From Bugula neritina (taxonomy: Eukaryota; Animalia; Bryozoa): a stretch of DNA of 64,000 nucleotides. The notes beneath the pieces are model-generated. The model was not told the DNA's origin and searched no databases. It worked only from the letters and a program-made list of their open reading frames with translations. Shown piece after piece: positions 13,801 to 26,137 of the stretch. The first letter of the stretch is position 1, and the number at the start of each line of letters is the position of its first letter. Both the position numbers and the translations under genes were made by a program. Where the stretch lies: NCBI GenBank assembly GCA_964035545.1, contig OZ037768.1, forward strand, positions 10,014,741 through 10,078,740. The letters run 5' to 3'.

Positions 13801-16800
13801 CAAGGCAAAAGGTTAAAATCAACTTTTAGCACTGGTCGTTGTGCTAATTCAATCGAGTGTCAATATATTTTTTTTCTGGTCACAATAGGTGTTTTAATTA
13901 TTTAATTTTATTATTTTGTAGAATATTTGTTTTACCAAGTGCTATAAATTCTAAGAGTCATTGTTACTTCTACAACCTATGCTGTATCAACAGGCATAGT
14001 AGGTTTTATACTGAATACTGTTTACTGATACTAATGATAATTTTACAGCTGGAAACAGGAGTTATCTTATCCGACCAAGCGATGCCACTCCTGGTGACTT
14101 CACCCTCTGTTTCTACGAGAACAGCACTTTGCACAGGTTCAAAATTAAAAGGCATGGTAAAGGGTTTCTCATGGGTTCCAGATTTTTCCACAGGTATGTA
14201 CTGAAGGCCTGGCCACACTCGTGAGAATCACACGGAATCGTCTATTTGACGCGAAAACACAATCGTACGAGAAAATTTGAGGGGTGTACACAACGAAGAC
14301 CATGGACGAAAAATCACAATCAACAATAAGTACCATTTGATTGGTCAATAAAATTTTAGCAACAGTAATTATTTCATTTCTACCTCGTTTCTCTATTTAA
14401 CAATTTTCTGCTGTTTGTATCTCGTGCAAGACTCATTCACGGACTATTTATTATGTGTTTCGTTCGACGAGTGTGTGGCTGGTAATAACGAGAGAATAAC
14501 TCACAAAAATCGTCACACGATTTCGTGTGATTCTCACGAGTGTGAGGCTAGGCCTTAAGAGCAATACTCTATGTATTTTATACATGTAACTGCACCATGT
14601 GCGGCTAAACTGGAGTTGTCTGATCTTAGAGTTGTAGTTCATAATGCAAGTTGTTTATCTGAAAATACCAACACTAATTATGATGAGAAGAACACAAGTC
14701 AAAGTCATTATTTGCAAACGTTTTTTCCATAACTTTTAATCGTGAATCAAACTGATACAAAAAAATTTGCTCTGTATTATTTTATCAATGACTGCTTTTT
14801 CCATTAACATCATCTTTTTTAACCCCAGAGTGGCTCCAATAACATTGTAATTATATTCTAATAGACATTTGGCTTGTCAAAATGCATACACGTGTTTCGT
14901 GGCTAGTTGCTAGATTTTGAAGCACTAGACAGAAGTGAAAGCAATGGCTGACTTGCATATGCTCTCTCTGTTGCACAGAGTAACAGATATTATCACACGA
15001 TATACTCAAGAGCCTATTACACACACTGGAGAGTTCCTGGAATTTCCTGTCAAAGCTAACAGAGTCAGCTCTCCTGATATCAAGTCTTCTTCTCAGATAC
15101 AGCAAGTGTTTCAGTTGATGAGACAGTCAAGTGCTGGAGTCAAGCTTGTCACTCCGAGGTCAGACCAGCGTTCAATGAATGGCTACCTCTACATGAAAAA
15201 AGGTATGCAAACATTATCAATGTATACATCATTATAAGTTCAGCATGATTTAATCTTTATGTTCAAATATAGAGTGTGTAGTTAGGTATTATTACAGGTT
15301 TTTCAAGTATTATAATATGTTTATGAGACAAAAACTGGAAAATGTTATTAATACTTTTTTTCATTTCGATACTTTTTTGAGGTTATGTTTCATGTACTAA
15401 AACAGACTGATATATTTTATCTATCATATTTATTGCCTTACTAAGGTAAATGTTGATAACATGTGCAGCTGGATATACTTGAAACTCAGTGTATGAGAGC
15501 ATAAAGTTCAGCGGCTCATTTTACTTAATTTAGTACACACTCCATATCTTTAGTTTTTTGCCTTAAAGTAACAAAATATTAACAAATCTAACTAAATAAT
15601 CAATGTTTTTTTCTAATTGTTGCTCAATTTTCTATGTTGTTGTTTTTATAATTTTTTTAGTAAATTGGGATACACAGACTGTGATGATCTTTTCATCACG
15701 ATTCAATAATTTGATGGTAATTGAGCAACAAGGAATCGTACTGTGTTTTTCATTTAATTAATGGACATCTTTTATCATCTTTGACAGGCTAAGATAATTG
15801 TTCATTGTCAAGTGGCAGACATATGTTTGAAACTGAATTGAGCTTCATGAAAAATGCATGTTCTAGCCGACCATTTCTTAAAGTCTTTCTGTTGAAACTA
15901 CAAGATCAGAATTGTTTATTCATTTAAGTGCAGGAGGACTCTCTTTGCATTTTCAAGTCTCCTTTCTCCTTTGTTCATGTATATGTAGCTTATTTTACGC
16001 AATAATTTAGCTCATTCTCTAACTATCGCCTGTCTCTTTTAGGCGACAAGTCCTCAAAGAAACCCAAGTACATGTTTTTTGTGCTAAAAGGGGAATCCCA
16101 GCACTTGTATTACATTGAAAACCCAAAGAGATCCAAACCAGATGGGATTATAGATCTCAACTACACATCATTGTATCCTCTACATGAGAGCTGGCTTTCA
16201 AGGTAAATGAAATTATTTGGAATTAGTGAGATGAGAACCAAAGTGATATATGCAACAGAGTTGTATGTTTTTTCACTATCTTAAAATAACTCTATAAAAG
16301 GGGTTTATGACTTCCACACTGATACTAGCACACCATGCCACCTTAGCACATAAATTTCGACAGATGATGGTAATTGTACTATCAAGTCTACTGATAGTTA
16401 CTGAACTGAACTAAAGTTGCTTCATCTGTTTATTAGTACATAAAGAGATAAAACTGAAAGGCCTCAGTTAATTTTTTTATTGAGATTGTTTTTAATGCCA
16501 ATAGCTTTTAGTTAATGAAATGCATTACAATAATAGATCTATACATACATAACATAGAATATTCAGCAATGGAACGAAATTTAGAAGCCAAAAACATAAT
16601 TGCCAGTACAACACAGACATTTTGATTACTACTCAGAATGATTGAAAAGGTACATCATATATTTTCGTCAAGTAGTTTAACAGATTTCTCCAGGGAACTG
16701 TACACATATAATATCAGCACCCTTTTCATCTTGGAATTCCAGTTGTACTACCAGTCTAAGCTAAAATACAAACATAAAATTTATTAATTTAAAACTTTAA

Positions 16801-19800
16801 GTGAAGGCATCTTGTAAACTTGAAAGAGAAATCAATTATCAAAATGATAAAACAATAGTATTATTATTACCGATGGATATTCCTTTAAAATGGGTATCAC
16901 TGTCTTAAACGTGTACTCTTTTCCCACTGCAGTAGGGCAGGTTACCCCTTGGTCGCATGCATTTGGGTCTGGTAGTTTGAAGGGTACCCAAACAACAACT
17001 TGCCCCTTACACACAACATTCATCTGGTTGGCTACTTCATCTGAAAGTAATAGTAATGATGGTGAAGGCAAACTTTTGGGGTTTAGTGATAAGAAATGAT
17101 GAGTCTATGAATTATCTAAAACTTTTTAATATTACCCCAAGATAAAACCATTTAAAGTTTAGACAATCATGGGGTGATTCTATTCAAACATGGGGTGATT
17201 AAATTAGGTCAAAAATTCAGCCAATAATAATTACTATGTACATACTGGTGACCAGGTCAACAATAGCGGTTACATTAGTTCCTTTGGGAAATGTGCAGGC
17301 TCCTTTGGGGGGTGGGTCAAGTGTGATGGAGGTTACCTTGCCTCCCACTGAACCTAAACATGAGTAATAGAGTATCAAAATAATGTAAATTGGAATAGTT
17401 GTACAATAAATCCTACCTTCTTTTCTAGTTAGCATTGAATACTCAGTATACTAATATTTATTTAAACTAAAACATTAACTATGCAACTACTCATTCATAG
17501 CAGTTAATTTAAATTTAGTTATCAAAACTGTAGTTCCAATCTAATCCTATCTGCAATTTGTCTTCAAAATAGAAATATAATTATTTGGTAAAGCAAGCCT
17601 ATTCTTATTTTAACAATAACAGAATTTACGATAATTGATTTTAACATGTTGAGAATGAAAATGTCTAACAGTGTAGCAGCTAGTGACTAAAAGTAAATAA
17701 GAATTATGAAAATATCAAAAGTGTATATCACCATTAACCTACTATCACTACATGTACATGTATATGCTATATTCAATATAGCATATATTTCTAATACTAA
17801 TATTAACATAATATTAGTTTTATTCAATTGCTTTACGGCTTCTGAGTTTTTCTTCATGGACATACTGATTGTGATATTATTTTATACATAGTAAATTGGT
17901 CCTAGTTGTACTGTAGTAATATTAGTGTGTAAGCTAAATCTGAAAGTAAAAGTTGCACTTGTTAGCAGTTGATGATATTAAATTCGATAAACTTCAAATC
18001 ATTATCACCATAACATTAATTATAAGTATAACGATCACTAGTAACTATTATCTATAAGTAAACCTTCACCACAGTGGCCTTCTCATTCTGTAAATTGATA
18101 ACTTTCAAGTTTTTTAAACTAAGTATTACTATTACAGTATTAGCATTAGTATATTATAATTATGGCTATAATATTATTATTCAATATAAAATTTTTATTT
18201 TTTTTATTTTAGCTTTGCTTTTATTTTCAAGTCAAAATTTGTTGCAATAAGTATGTTTATGATATTCACATTGATTGATGAATTATTAAAATTATTGTAT
18301 ATTTTATTTAAAATGAACTAGTACTACTAGTGCTATTAGTAGTAGACTAGTAGTGGTGTAAGTAAACTATACTAGTAATACTGATAAGTACACTAATCAT
18401 ATAATAATAATGTAATGTAATTAGTAATGGTATTAATAATTATCATAATCATAATTCTAATAATAATTATGATCAACATCCAAATTAAAATAACTTGAAG
18501 AAATCAACATTAACTTTAAGCTTAAGAGTAACAGCATCTTGTACTTAATCTTATACTTATAGTAAAATTAAATTGCAGAATGAGCATGTTTTGGTTTATC
18601 TTATTCTTAGTCTTACCACAGTCTTTCATCGGAAGTGAAGCTTGAGTTTTACTTGAATCAAAACTGGGCACTAGGCTCAGGCTCGCGGTTGGCATTACAA
18701 GACAAAGAGTTACAAACAAAATTGTTATTGAATGCATACTGGTTTATTACAAGTAGTACAAATACAACTAAAGCAAAGAAAAATTAAGATCAATCGAATT
18801 AAGCATGCAAATCTGTCAGCTGCTGCGCCTCTAATGGCACTTATAGTTATATCAGTGTTGGCGTTGAATAAAATATGAATAAAATTTAACCCAAGAACCG
18901 ATCCTGCATGTCGTAACGAGTTGGTGTTCTTGCGGTGCCTGTTTATTCTGGCCTCGCTTAACAAAATTGTGTTATTTAGGGCTAAATTTGTCATGTGATG
19001 GTATGATTTTCTTTTATTCCAAATCACGTGAATAGCGTCTCAAAAGTTTTCTACCTAATACTTTATCAACTTGGAGTTGTTCTCTTTTGAACATTGATAG
19101 AATTTCATGGAGTTGCGCAATACGAAAGCTTATTAAAAGAATCTTAAGACTAAAAGTAAATTTTATGAAATGTTCACATTCAAGAAGTTATCCAATTTAT
19201 TAAATGTTGAAAATCATTTGATTTTATTTATTTGGATGAAAAATGAAATTAAATAAACAATAAACTTTTTATAAGTAATTAAATGGAGCTTCATTATATG
19301 AATTTGTGGTAAACACGAAGGTATAATTAATACCGAATAAGACTATGATAGAGTATAAAATCTAAAAGACTTTTAATTGAGCCTAAAAAAAAAGAATTTT
19401 GGAGGAGAAGTGAAAATAGATAATTAAAGAATTGAATGTAGCTGTTATGTTGTGAATTGGATACATAACCAGTAAAGTTCTTATTTTTGTTTATTGATGA
19501 TTGACTAATTTACATAATAATTATTAATTCATACCCACAAAAGAATACTATAGAAATATGAGTATTTTGGCATACTTGCTAATAGATTGTCAATGTGAGC
19601 TCTCATCTGATGATTGAGAGAGGTAATACAAATAATGGATGAAGACTATCTACAGAAGAATGAATATTGAAATTAAATGGCCTCTCAATGAATTTTAAAG
19701 GAATGAACCAGAAATTTTATTAGCATGCCTTCCATTAAAGATTGTGAAAATTAATTGCTATCTGTCAAGTGGATAACTCTGATATTCCTCTCCCTATTTA

Positions 19801-22800
19801 TGATTTTGTTGCTAACTTTTTTGAGTCCAATAGCTTCGCAGGGTCTCAACGAGACAATGCTGGCCAAGAAATGTTGATGAAAATTTAACAGATTCCATTA
19901 AATCTAAATATTTTAGTTCATCTATACATAAATAATAAGCTGTATCTTTAATCAAAGACTTGCAGTAGAGCATCCCTGCTCTAAGCTTTAACTAAGCCTT
20001 ATGAATAACTGTGTTATAATTTAGCTGCCAAGCATGATGCACAATCATGATGAAAGGCAAGTATGAAAAAGTAAAAGTATGAGGAAGTAGGTGTAGAGCT
20101 GCCAGCAACACAATACCCAGTATCTAATACCAGTATTTAATACTATAGTTTGCTTTACAAATTTACTAGATATTTGTCCAAGGCACAGCAACTCCAGTGT
20201 GAAACACATTTTAAGTTTTGAACTCGTGTGTAAAGATGCTGTATTTCTGAACATTTGCCCAGAATAGTGAATAAACTCTTTGAAAATCAAACTCTTGTAA
20301 GTTTTTATTTAGTAAAGTGAAATTGCAAACTCTGGAAGCTAAAACCCTCCTTATCAAAGGAAGGAAGTGGGAAGTATCTATTTATAAACCTAACTGCCTG
20401 TCAACAGAGCTGCATTGTAGAAACAAAATTAATACTGTAAACAATGTCACATGTCACAGACAAAAATACTCAAATAAAAAGTGTTTGCATTACTAATCAA
20501 ACAACTTACTAGCATCACTAACATTAAATGAAAGTTATGATTGATAATTAGAAAGTTGTATTGAAGCGGATTAAGTGACGATGTAGTATTATAGAAAACC
20601 TTTTCTTTGATATTCTCTCTCTGTTCTGGGACAATATAATTTTTTTTATAGATATCTCAATTAGGATTTTTTTCTAAAATTTATGAAAAAATTTCCTTTT
20701 TGTTATTTACATTATATTCATTTTTATTAATGTTGAAATGTTTGAGTATTTATGATAACTTTTGAGAGTTGTCTCTACTTTTTGTACTATAATACTATAC
20801 TGACAAATATACCTGCATAGCAAACCACTATCGGAAGTCCTCCGGTCTGTGATCACATCTTTCATGCTTGAAGGTTTTTGCATTCTGTTTTGTTTCAGAT
20901 CTAATTGCATTCAGTTGGAAAGTCGAGCAATTAATCATCACCAAGTGTACTACTTCTGGCCTGAAACAGAAGAGAAACATTTGGTAGGTTTGCCATATCC
21001 TCGTCTCCAGTATCACTTTCTCTGTGCCTGTGTGCCAAGTATGTTATAGTTTGTTTTCCAATATTTTATATGATGAAAGCCAACAATAAAAGAGATCTGT
21101 GTAGTTTGCTGTCTTTCAAAACATTTGATGAAATTAAAGTGTGTACACTTATTTATTCTTTAGATTATTAATTAAACAAAATATATTAAGAATAGTTTTA
21201 ATTGGAAACTACACTTTCTGGTTGGTTGTTCCGGTGTAGTTTTTCAATTAAAGCCATAGTCAACTTACATTTTAGTTTAAAAAAGAAAAAGTTGTGACCA
21301 GCTGTTCACTAAGTTGCATATTTATTTTTCCACATGTCTCTTTGAATATCGAGTAGGAATGGAAAGAGGCACTCAAACCCTACTGCAAAAACACGAAGAC
21401 ATCAGGAAGGGTGCCACAGGAGCGACGGGGTGTCAGGGAGATATACACACTGACCATAAATGTTGTGGAAGTAAAGTATTTGGCAGAAAAAGTCTCCTCT
21501 GGTTCTTCTATCTACTGTCAGATTAATTTGAACGACGTTGCTGTAGCTAAAACCCAGACTAAAGATGTTAACTCGTTAGTTTGGGATGAAGAGTTTATAT
21601 TAGAGTGAGCAATTTCTAGTATCTTCTATCTATCATGTATGAACTACTCTGTCTTGTTTTTATTTACTATGTATTTATAAACTTTTATAAAGTGTAGCAA
21701 CTACATAGATTTTGTGAATGGTATGTAAGTTTTACACACACACTCTACCCGTTATATAATTTCAGTGATGTGCCACCAAATGTGGAGTCTTGCACTTGGA
21801 CACTTTGCTCCAAGAGTAAGAAGGGTACTAGCAAAGACCAAGATTTATGTAAGTAGAATGTTTTGTCTTTAGCATGTACTTCCTAAGGTATTAGAAGTAG
21901 CAGTATAAATGGTAGTGGTAGTAGTACTAGTAGTAGTAGTACCAGTAGTAGTAGCAGCGGTAGCGGTAGTAGTAGTAGTAGCAGCAGCAGTAGCAGCAGT
22001 AGTAGTAGTAGCAGCGGCAGCAGCAGTAGCAGTAGTGGTAGTATTTGTATTGTTGCTAGTACTACTTTCTGATTCTATTACTAGAGAAGTACTATGACTG
22101 CTATTATGATCAATAATATTACAATTATGTAACATATGCTAATTGACTATGGTGATAGTTTAATGAAATGATTATCAGTTACAAGTCGCTTTTTTTTGAA
22201 AATTGACAAAAATATATCTTGGTAATATTGATGATTTTTGTCTATTTTTAATATTATTGATCATAGTCTTATGGAAGACTAGTAAGCTTGAATAATAAAT
22301 TACTGATAATTTTAAAAATAGGAACAATAATGGTGACAAAAATGAACCGAAATGATGATAAAACAAGATAATACACTCTAATAGGATAGTAACTATCATG
22401 ATGTTATAATGAGGTACCAAATATAGATTTATCTAGAATAACTAGTAGCAAAATAAAATACATTGAAGTATAGACTTGCAAACTCCAATAAGGATGTGCC
22501 TGCAAATATTTCAAGTCAAAGTTGTGGAAGGGACATCACTTTAACATCCTAACTCTGGGGTGGGAGTCAGTCTGCTGTTATATGTACAAGTTGCAGTTCT
22601 AGCCTTATGTGCTTTTCTATACCACTTCCCTATTTTCCAATCTTCTCTTGCATGGTATGATAACTCTCATGTTAACAATTCACATATATTTAGTCTTACA
22701 ACTGAAAGCTGACAACTCTCGATACTTTCACTCTGCTTAGCCTTAGGCTACAGTTATTGCAACATCTATACTAATAGCTGTAATTATATACCTTCCACCA

Positions 22801-25800
22801 TTATTATATTGCTGATTTATTTGTCAACAGCTAGAAGAGTACTTATTTTAAAACAACTGATTTAATATATAATATTTTAACTAGTTTTTGTTTCACTATA
22901 GTTTAATGCTAAATTGAAGCATATTATGTAACCCATCCATTTTATTAATAGTGTTATCAACATGGTCTGTAATGTCTATTGCTTGGGTTAATGAATTATC
23001 TAAATAGCATTCATTATCTCAGTTATCATAACAAAATTTGAGATTAAAAAGTCTCGGGTTACTTGCACTTTGTCATTCATTACACCATATCCCTCTGCTA
23101 AGATAGTTTATTACACATTTAATATGTATATTATATCTAATTTACTCATATAAGAGGTGTTGTTTAGTTTAAGTAATTTCATGAATTGTTATTGTAAGAA
23201 CTCAAAAAATAAAGGGATGACAAATTTATTCTGATGTAATTTTAGACCAAGTCACTAAAATGCTCTCAGATGTAGAGATGGGAGAGGAAATAGATGACTG
23301 GTTAACCATGCTTTCATCATCTTCCATGAATAGTAGCTCTAGCGATTCTACCTCATCACCACCTCACCTCAGAGTCAAGTTGAAATATAAGCACGATGTG
23401 ATACTTCCAGTGAAAGCTTATCAGGACCTTCTAAATGTAAAGACTATTTCTTTTCTAGCTGGTGCACTTGAATGTAATTTCATCTAGTCAACATAACTTG
23501 GCATAAAATAGCAACGGCATGGTCGACACTATTTTATTGGTTTCTAAGATGAATTTTGAATGGCTATTGATTGTGCCCATCAACCTAATAACAGTGCGAG
23601 GAGTTATCTTCTCGTCAATTGGTACTTAGTGATGCTATGTAATAGTTCTTCTAGTAATAAAATAGAGTACTAAGGATTTTTTGTCAATGAAACACGTCTG
23701 CATTAAATTTTGATATGTTCAGGGTATTAGTTTAATTATTAAATTCTATTTAAACACAATTTCGATCCATCAGACTTTAATGCGCTGTTTCATTACAGTT
23801 TAACTGCAAAATCATAGGTGAGGGGGTAAAAGGGGAGGCTGGCTTGTAGGCTGGCAGTTCACTCAATCTGCTTTATCCACTATGTTCAAACTTTGCTTAC
23901 TTTCAACATTAATTAGAAAAAATGGAACTGCACCTTACCTTTTTATTCTCTAAAACTTGTACAATTTATAATTTATTTGTTATATAAAATACTATGTTAT
24001 TTTGTGAAAGGTCTTACTCTCTAAAGACTGTCAAATCGTCAGCACACTGGGTTTACTCTGTGACAATCTTAGAGACAGAACGCAACTAGCTCAGTCTCTG
24101 CTCAAAGTATTTAAATATGAAAAAAGGGAGGCGACTCTGCTAAAGACGCTCACTAGTGTGGAAATCGCCAATGAAGGTAATATACTTGATAATTTGCTGT
24201 AAAGTAAGCAGTAATTCATGCTGCAATAACTAATTAAATAATGTATCGTTCTTGTTATTATCTTGCAAATGCTTTTCGTTTGCCCTTCAGAGATATACAC
24301 TGAAAACTAGTTTATAGCTTAAATGTTTTGAGAACAACGTGCTTCCTATATATCCAAAGTGTATCTGCAGCGTATCAGTGTATCACAGCAGTGTAGAGTG
24401 TTATGTTATACTTGTCTCTATTCAGTCTAAGTGTTCTATGGGTGTTGTAGACAATGCTGCTACACTGTTTCGTAGCACATCTTTAGCCACGACGCTGATG
24501 GATCAGTACATGAAGCTGACTGCCGGGGACTTTGTTAGATCTGCTCTACAAACGACTGTACAGAAAATAATAACTGGCAATATCAAAATCGAGGTTGACA
24601 TTTTTAATTCTCTAGTATTGCAGAGTAAATGGAGCTAGCTTGAAGAACAGTAAAACATGTCTTTGATGATTTCTGAGATTTGAAACCAAGAGATGTGTTG
24701 GCAACTTTGCTAGCTCTCATAATAATGTTTAAGTTATGAAACATTTAATGAGTCATGCTTATTGTTGTATTAAATTTTCTAGCTGGATCCAAATGTAATG
24801 GAAAATCCGTCTGGCCTGGACGCTAACAAATATACTCTAATGCAATTGCTCAGTGAGCTGCTCGCAGCTATAATAAATGCAAAGAATGACTGCCCCTTGT
24901 AAGTGTTCCTATATATAACAATACTACCATTGAGTTGCTATATTTGTAAAAGTACTTTATTCAATATTTAGTAATAAAATATATGGTACAAATTTTGTCG
25001 GTAGTCCATGAAGGATAATAATACATTATTTATTACAAATATTACCTATTTTTATACATGTTTGTCATATATGAGTTGATAATTTTATTATTTTAACCGA
25101 TTGGTTTTAATAACTATGACAATATTTTAGTAGTAACATTGGTTTGTTCATTCTAGAATTCTTCGACATATTTGTGGATGCCTCCAACGAACTGTAGCCA
25201 AGCGGTGGCCCGACAATGAGATTGTTAAGCCAAGGGTGGTCAGTGGGTTTATTTTCTTACGCCTGCTCTGCCCTACTATTGTAAACCCCCGCAACTTCAA
25301 CCTGGTGACTGAACCACCGGCAGAATCGGCTGGCAGGACTCTTAAACTTGTAGCTAAATCCTTAATCAACTTAGCTAATCTGGTGGAAGTGGGAACTAAG
25401 GAGATATATATGGAGGCAGTCGGGCCATTCATTGTAGACAATAAGAATAGAATGGTGACATTTTTAAATGAGTTGGCGGTAAGTCGGTTTCTCTAATCTT
25501 TTGTCGTACGAATATCTTGTTTAATTGCACTTCTTTATTTTATGTATAAATTTAAAATTAGGTATTTTAATTTGGTCAATATGAAACCAGTTATAGCTTT
25601 AAAAATATGCAAATTAATTTGTTAAGTTCACCTGTTTAAAATTCACTTGGTATGTATTTTATATAATATATAGGTATTGTAAGTCTACTGTTAAAAATAT
25701 TTCAACATTACATCATCTCCTACCACTATTCATATTCAGTGTCCATTTTATTATTTTCATGAGGATTTAGTCTATTTTCATATTATCCTTGAAATTTTGC

Positions 25801-26137
25801 AATCACAACTCTTTTATTGTCTATGGTTTAAGGATGTGGTAGAAATGCCAGACAATGATGGGTCGAGAAATAGCAATGAAGACGTCGCTAGAGAGCTCAG
25901 TACCATTCATAAAATATGCTCTTGTCATATGAAAGACCTACAGAATAAAAGCATCACCCAAGTAAATATTTTAATGATACCTAATAGAATTTTAACTGTT
26001 ATCATTTAGAATATTTAATCAATAAATGTATTCTCATCTTATTTTAGCCAGCATTGAAGAAGTTAGTGGCGGCTATACAATCACTAAGTGCTACTACAGC
26101 TCACTACTACACCAGTGGCCAAATGCCTGGCGGATGA
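7827..26137 (+). CDS. RASA1: Ras GTPase-activating protein 1 (p120 RasGAP; SH2-SH3-SH2-PH-C2-RasGAP), about 917 aa, 18 exons
   Basis: Exons: 7827-7900, 9672-9830, 10360-10495, 10830-11024, 11180-11267, 14049-14193, 14979-15202, 16043-16202, 20899-20983, 21357-21604, 21766-21848, 23246-23436, 24011-24176, 24451-24593, 24783-24898, 25157-25478, 25833-25961, 26048-26137. Total 2754 nt with consistent phases. SH2 WYHGRL...FLVRES; SH3 AMLPYHEKVADTDELEFEKGD...GWLW; second SH2 YLIRPSDATPGDF; arginine finger TLFRSTSLAT; GAP signature SGFIFLRLLCP. The first exon is the least certain. Confidence 0.95.
8240..8650. repeat. Degenerate 3/6-bp-periodic (A-N-T)n tract in RASA1 intron 1
   Basis: agtagtagcacagtataactataagtataactattactattagc...agtaataccaatactaatactaatagtaataat; boundaries approximate. 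Confidence 0.7.
14205..14555. mobile_element. Non-autonomous MITE, PIF/Harbinger (Tourist)-like, 351 bp
   Basis: Left end AGGCCTGGCCACACTCGTGAGAATCACACGGAATCGT matches the reverse complement of the right end AGGCCTAGCCTCACACTCGTGAGAATCACACGAAATCGT (about 37-bp TIR). Flanks TGA and TAA resemble a TWA target duplication. No coding capacity. Confidence 0.85.
16677..18737 (-). CDS. NPC2: NPC intracellular cholesterol transporter 2-like ML-domain protein, 160 aa, nested antisense in a RASA1 intron
   Basis: Exons (-): 18737-18617, 17353-17246, 17040-16871, 16760-16677, phases 1/1/0. Signal peptide MHSITILFVTLCLVMPTASLS followed by KDCGS...CTFPKG...VPFKLPDPNACDQGVTCP...KEYPSLRLVVQLEFQDEKGADIICVQFP, a typical NPC2/ML pattern. 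Confidence 0.93.
17880..18520. repeat. Degenerate 3/6-bp-periodic (A-N-T)n tract in NPC2 intron 1
   Basis: actagtactactagtgctattagtagtagactagtagtggtgtaagtaaactatactagtaatactgataagtacactaatcat; boundaries approximate. Confidence 0.65.
18990..19031. promoter_or_regulatory. Paired MiT/TFE-type E-boxes (GTCATGTGA and TCACGTGA, CLEAR-like) upstream of NPC2
   Basis: GTCATGTGA at 18990-18998 and TCACGTGA at 19024-19031, about 250-290 bp upstream of the ATG of a lysosomal gene. Confidence 0.5.
21912..22043. repeat. Compound (GTA/GCA)n trinucleotide microsatellite in a RASA1 intron
   Basis: gtagtagtagcagcggtagcggtagtagtagtagtagcagcagcagtagcagcag...; source of the spurious poly-V/A and poly-T/A ORFs. 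Confidence 0.9.

Noticed and set aside
18725-19027. 100-codon ORF overlapping the NPC2 start
   Set aside because: It spans the likely promoter, has no recognisable homology, and its starts probably lie upstream of the TSS. It would matter only if 5'RACE extends past about 18994.
21869-22135. Poly-Thr/Ala and poly-Val/Ala ORFs on both strands
   Set aside because: They are translations of the intronic (GTA/GCA)n microsatellite, with no splice or homology support.
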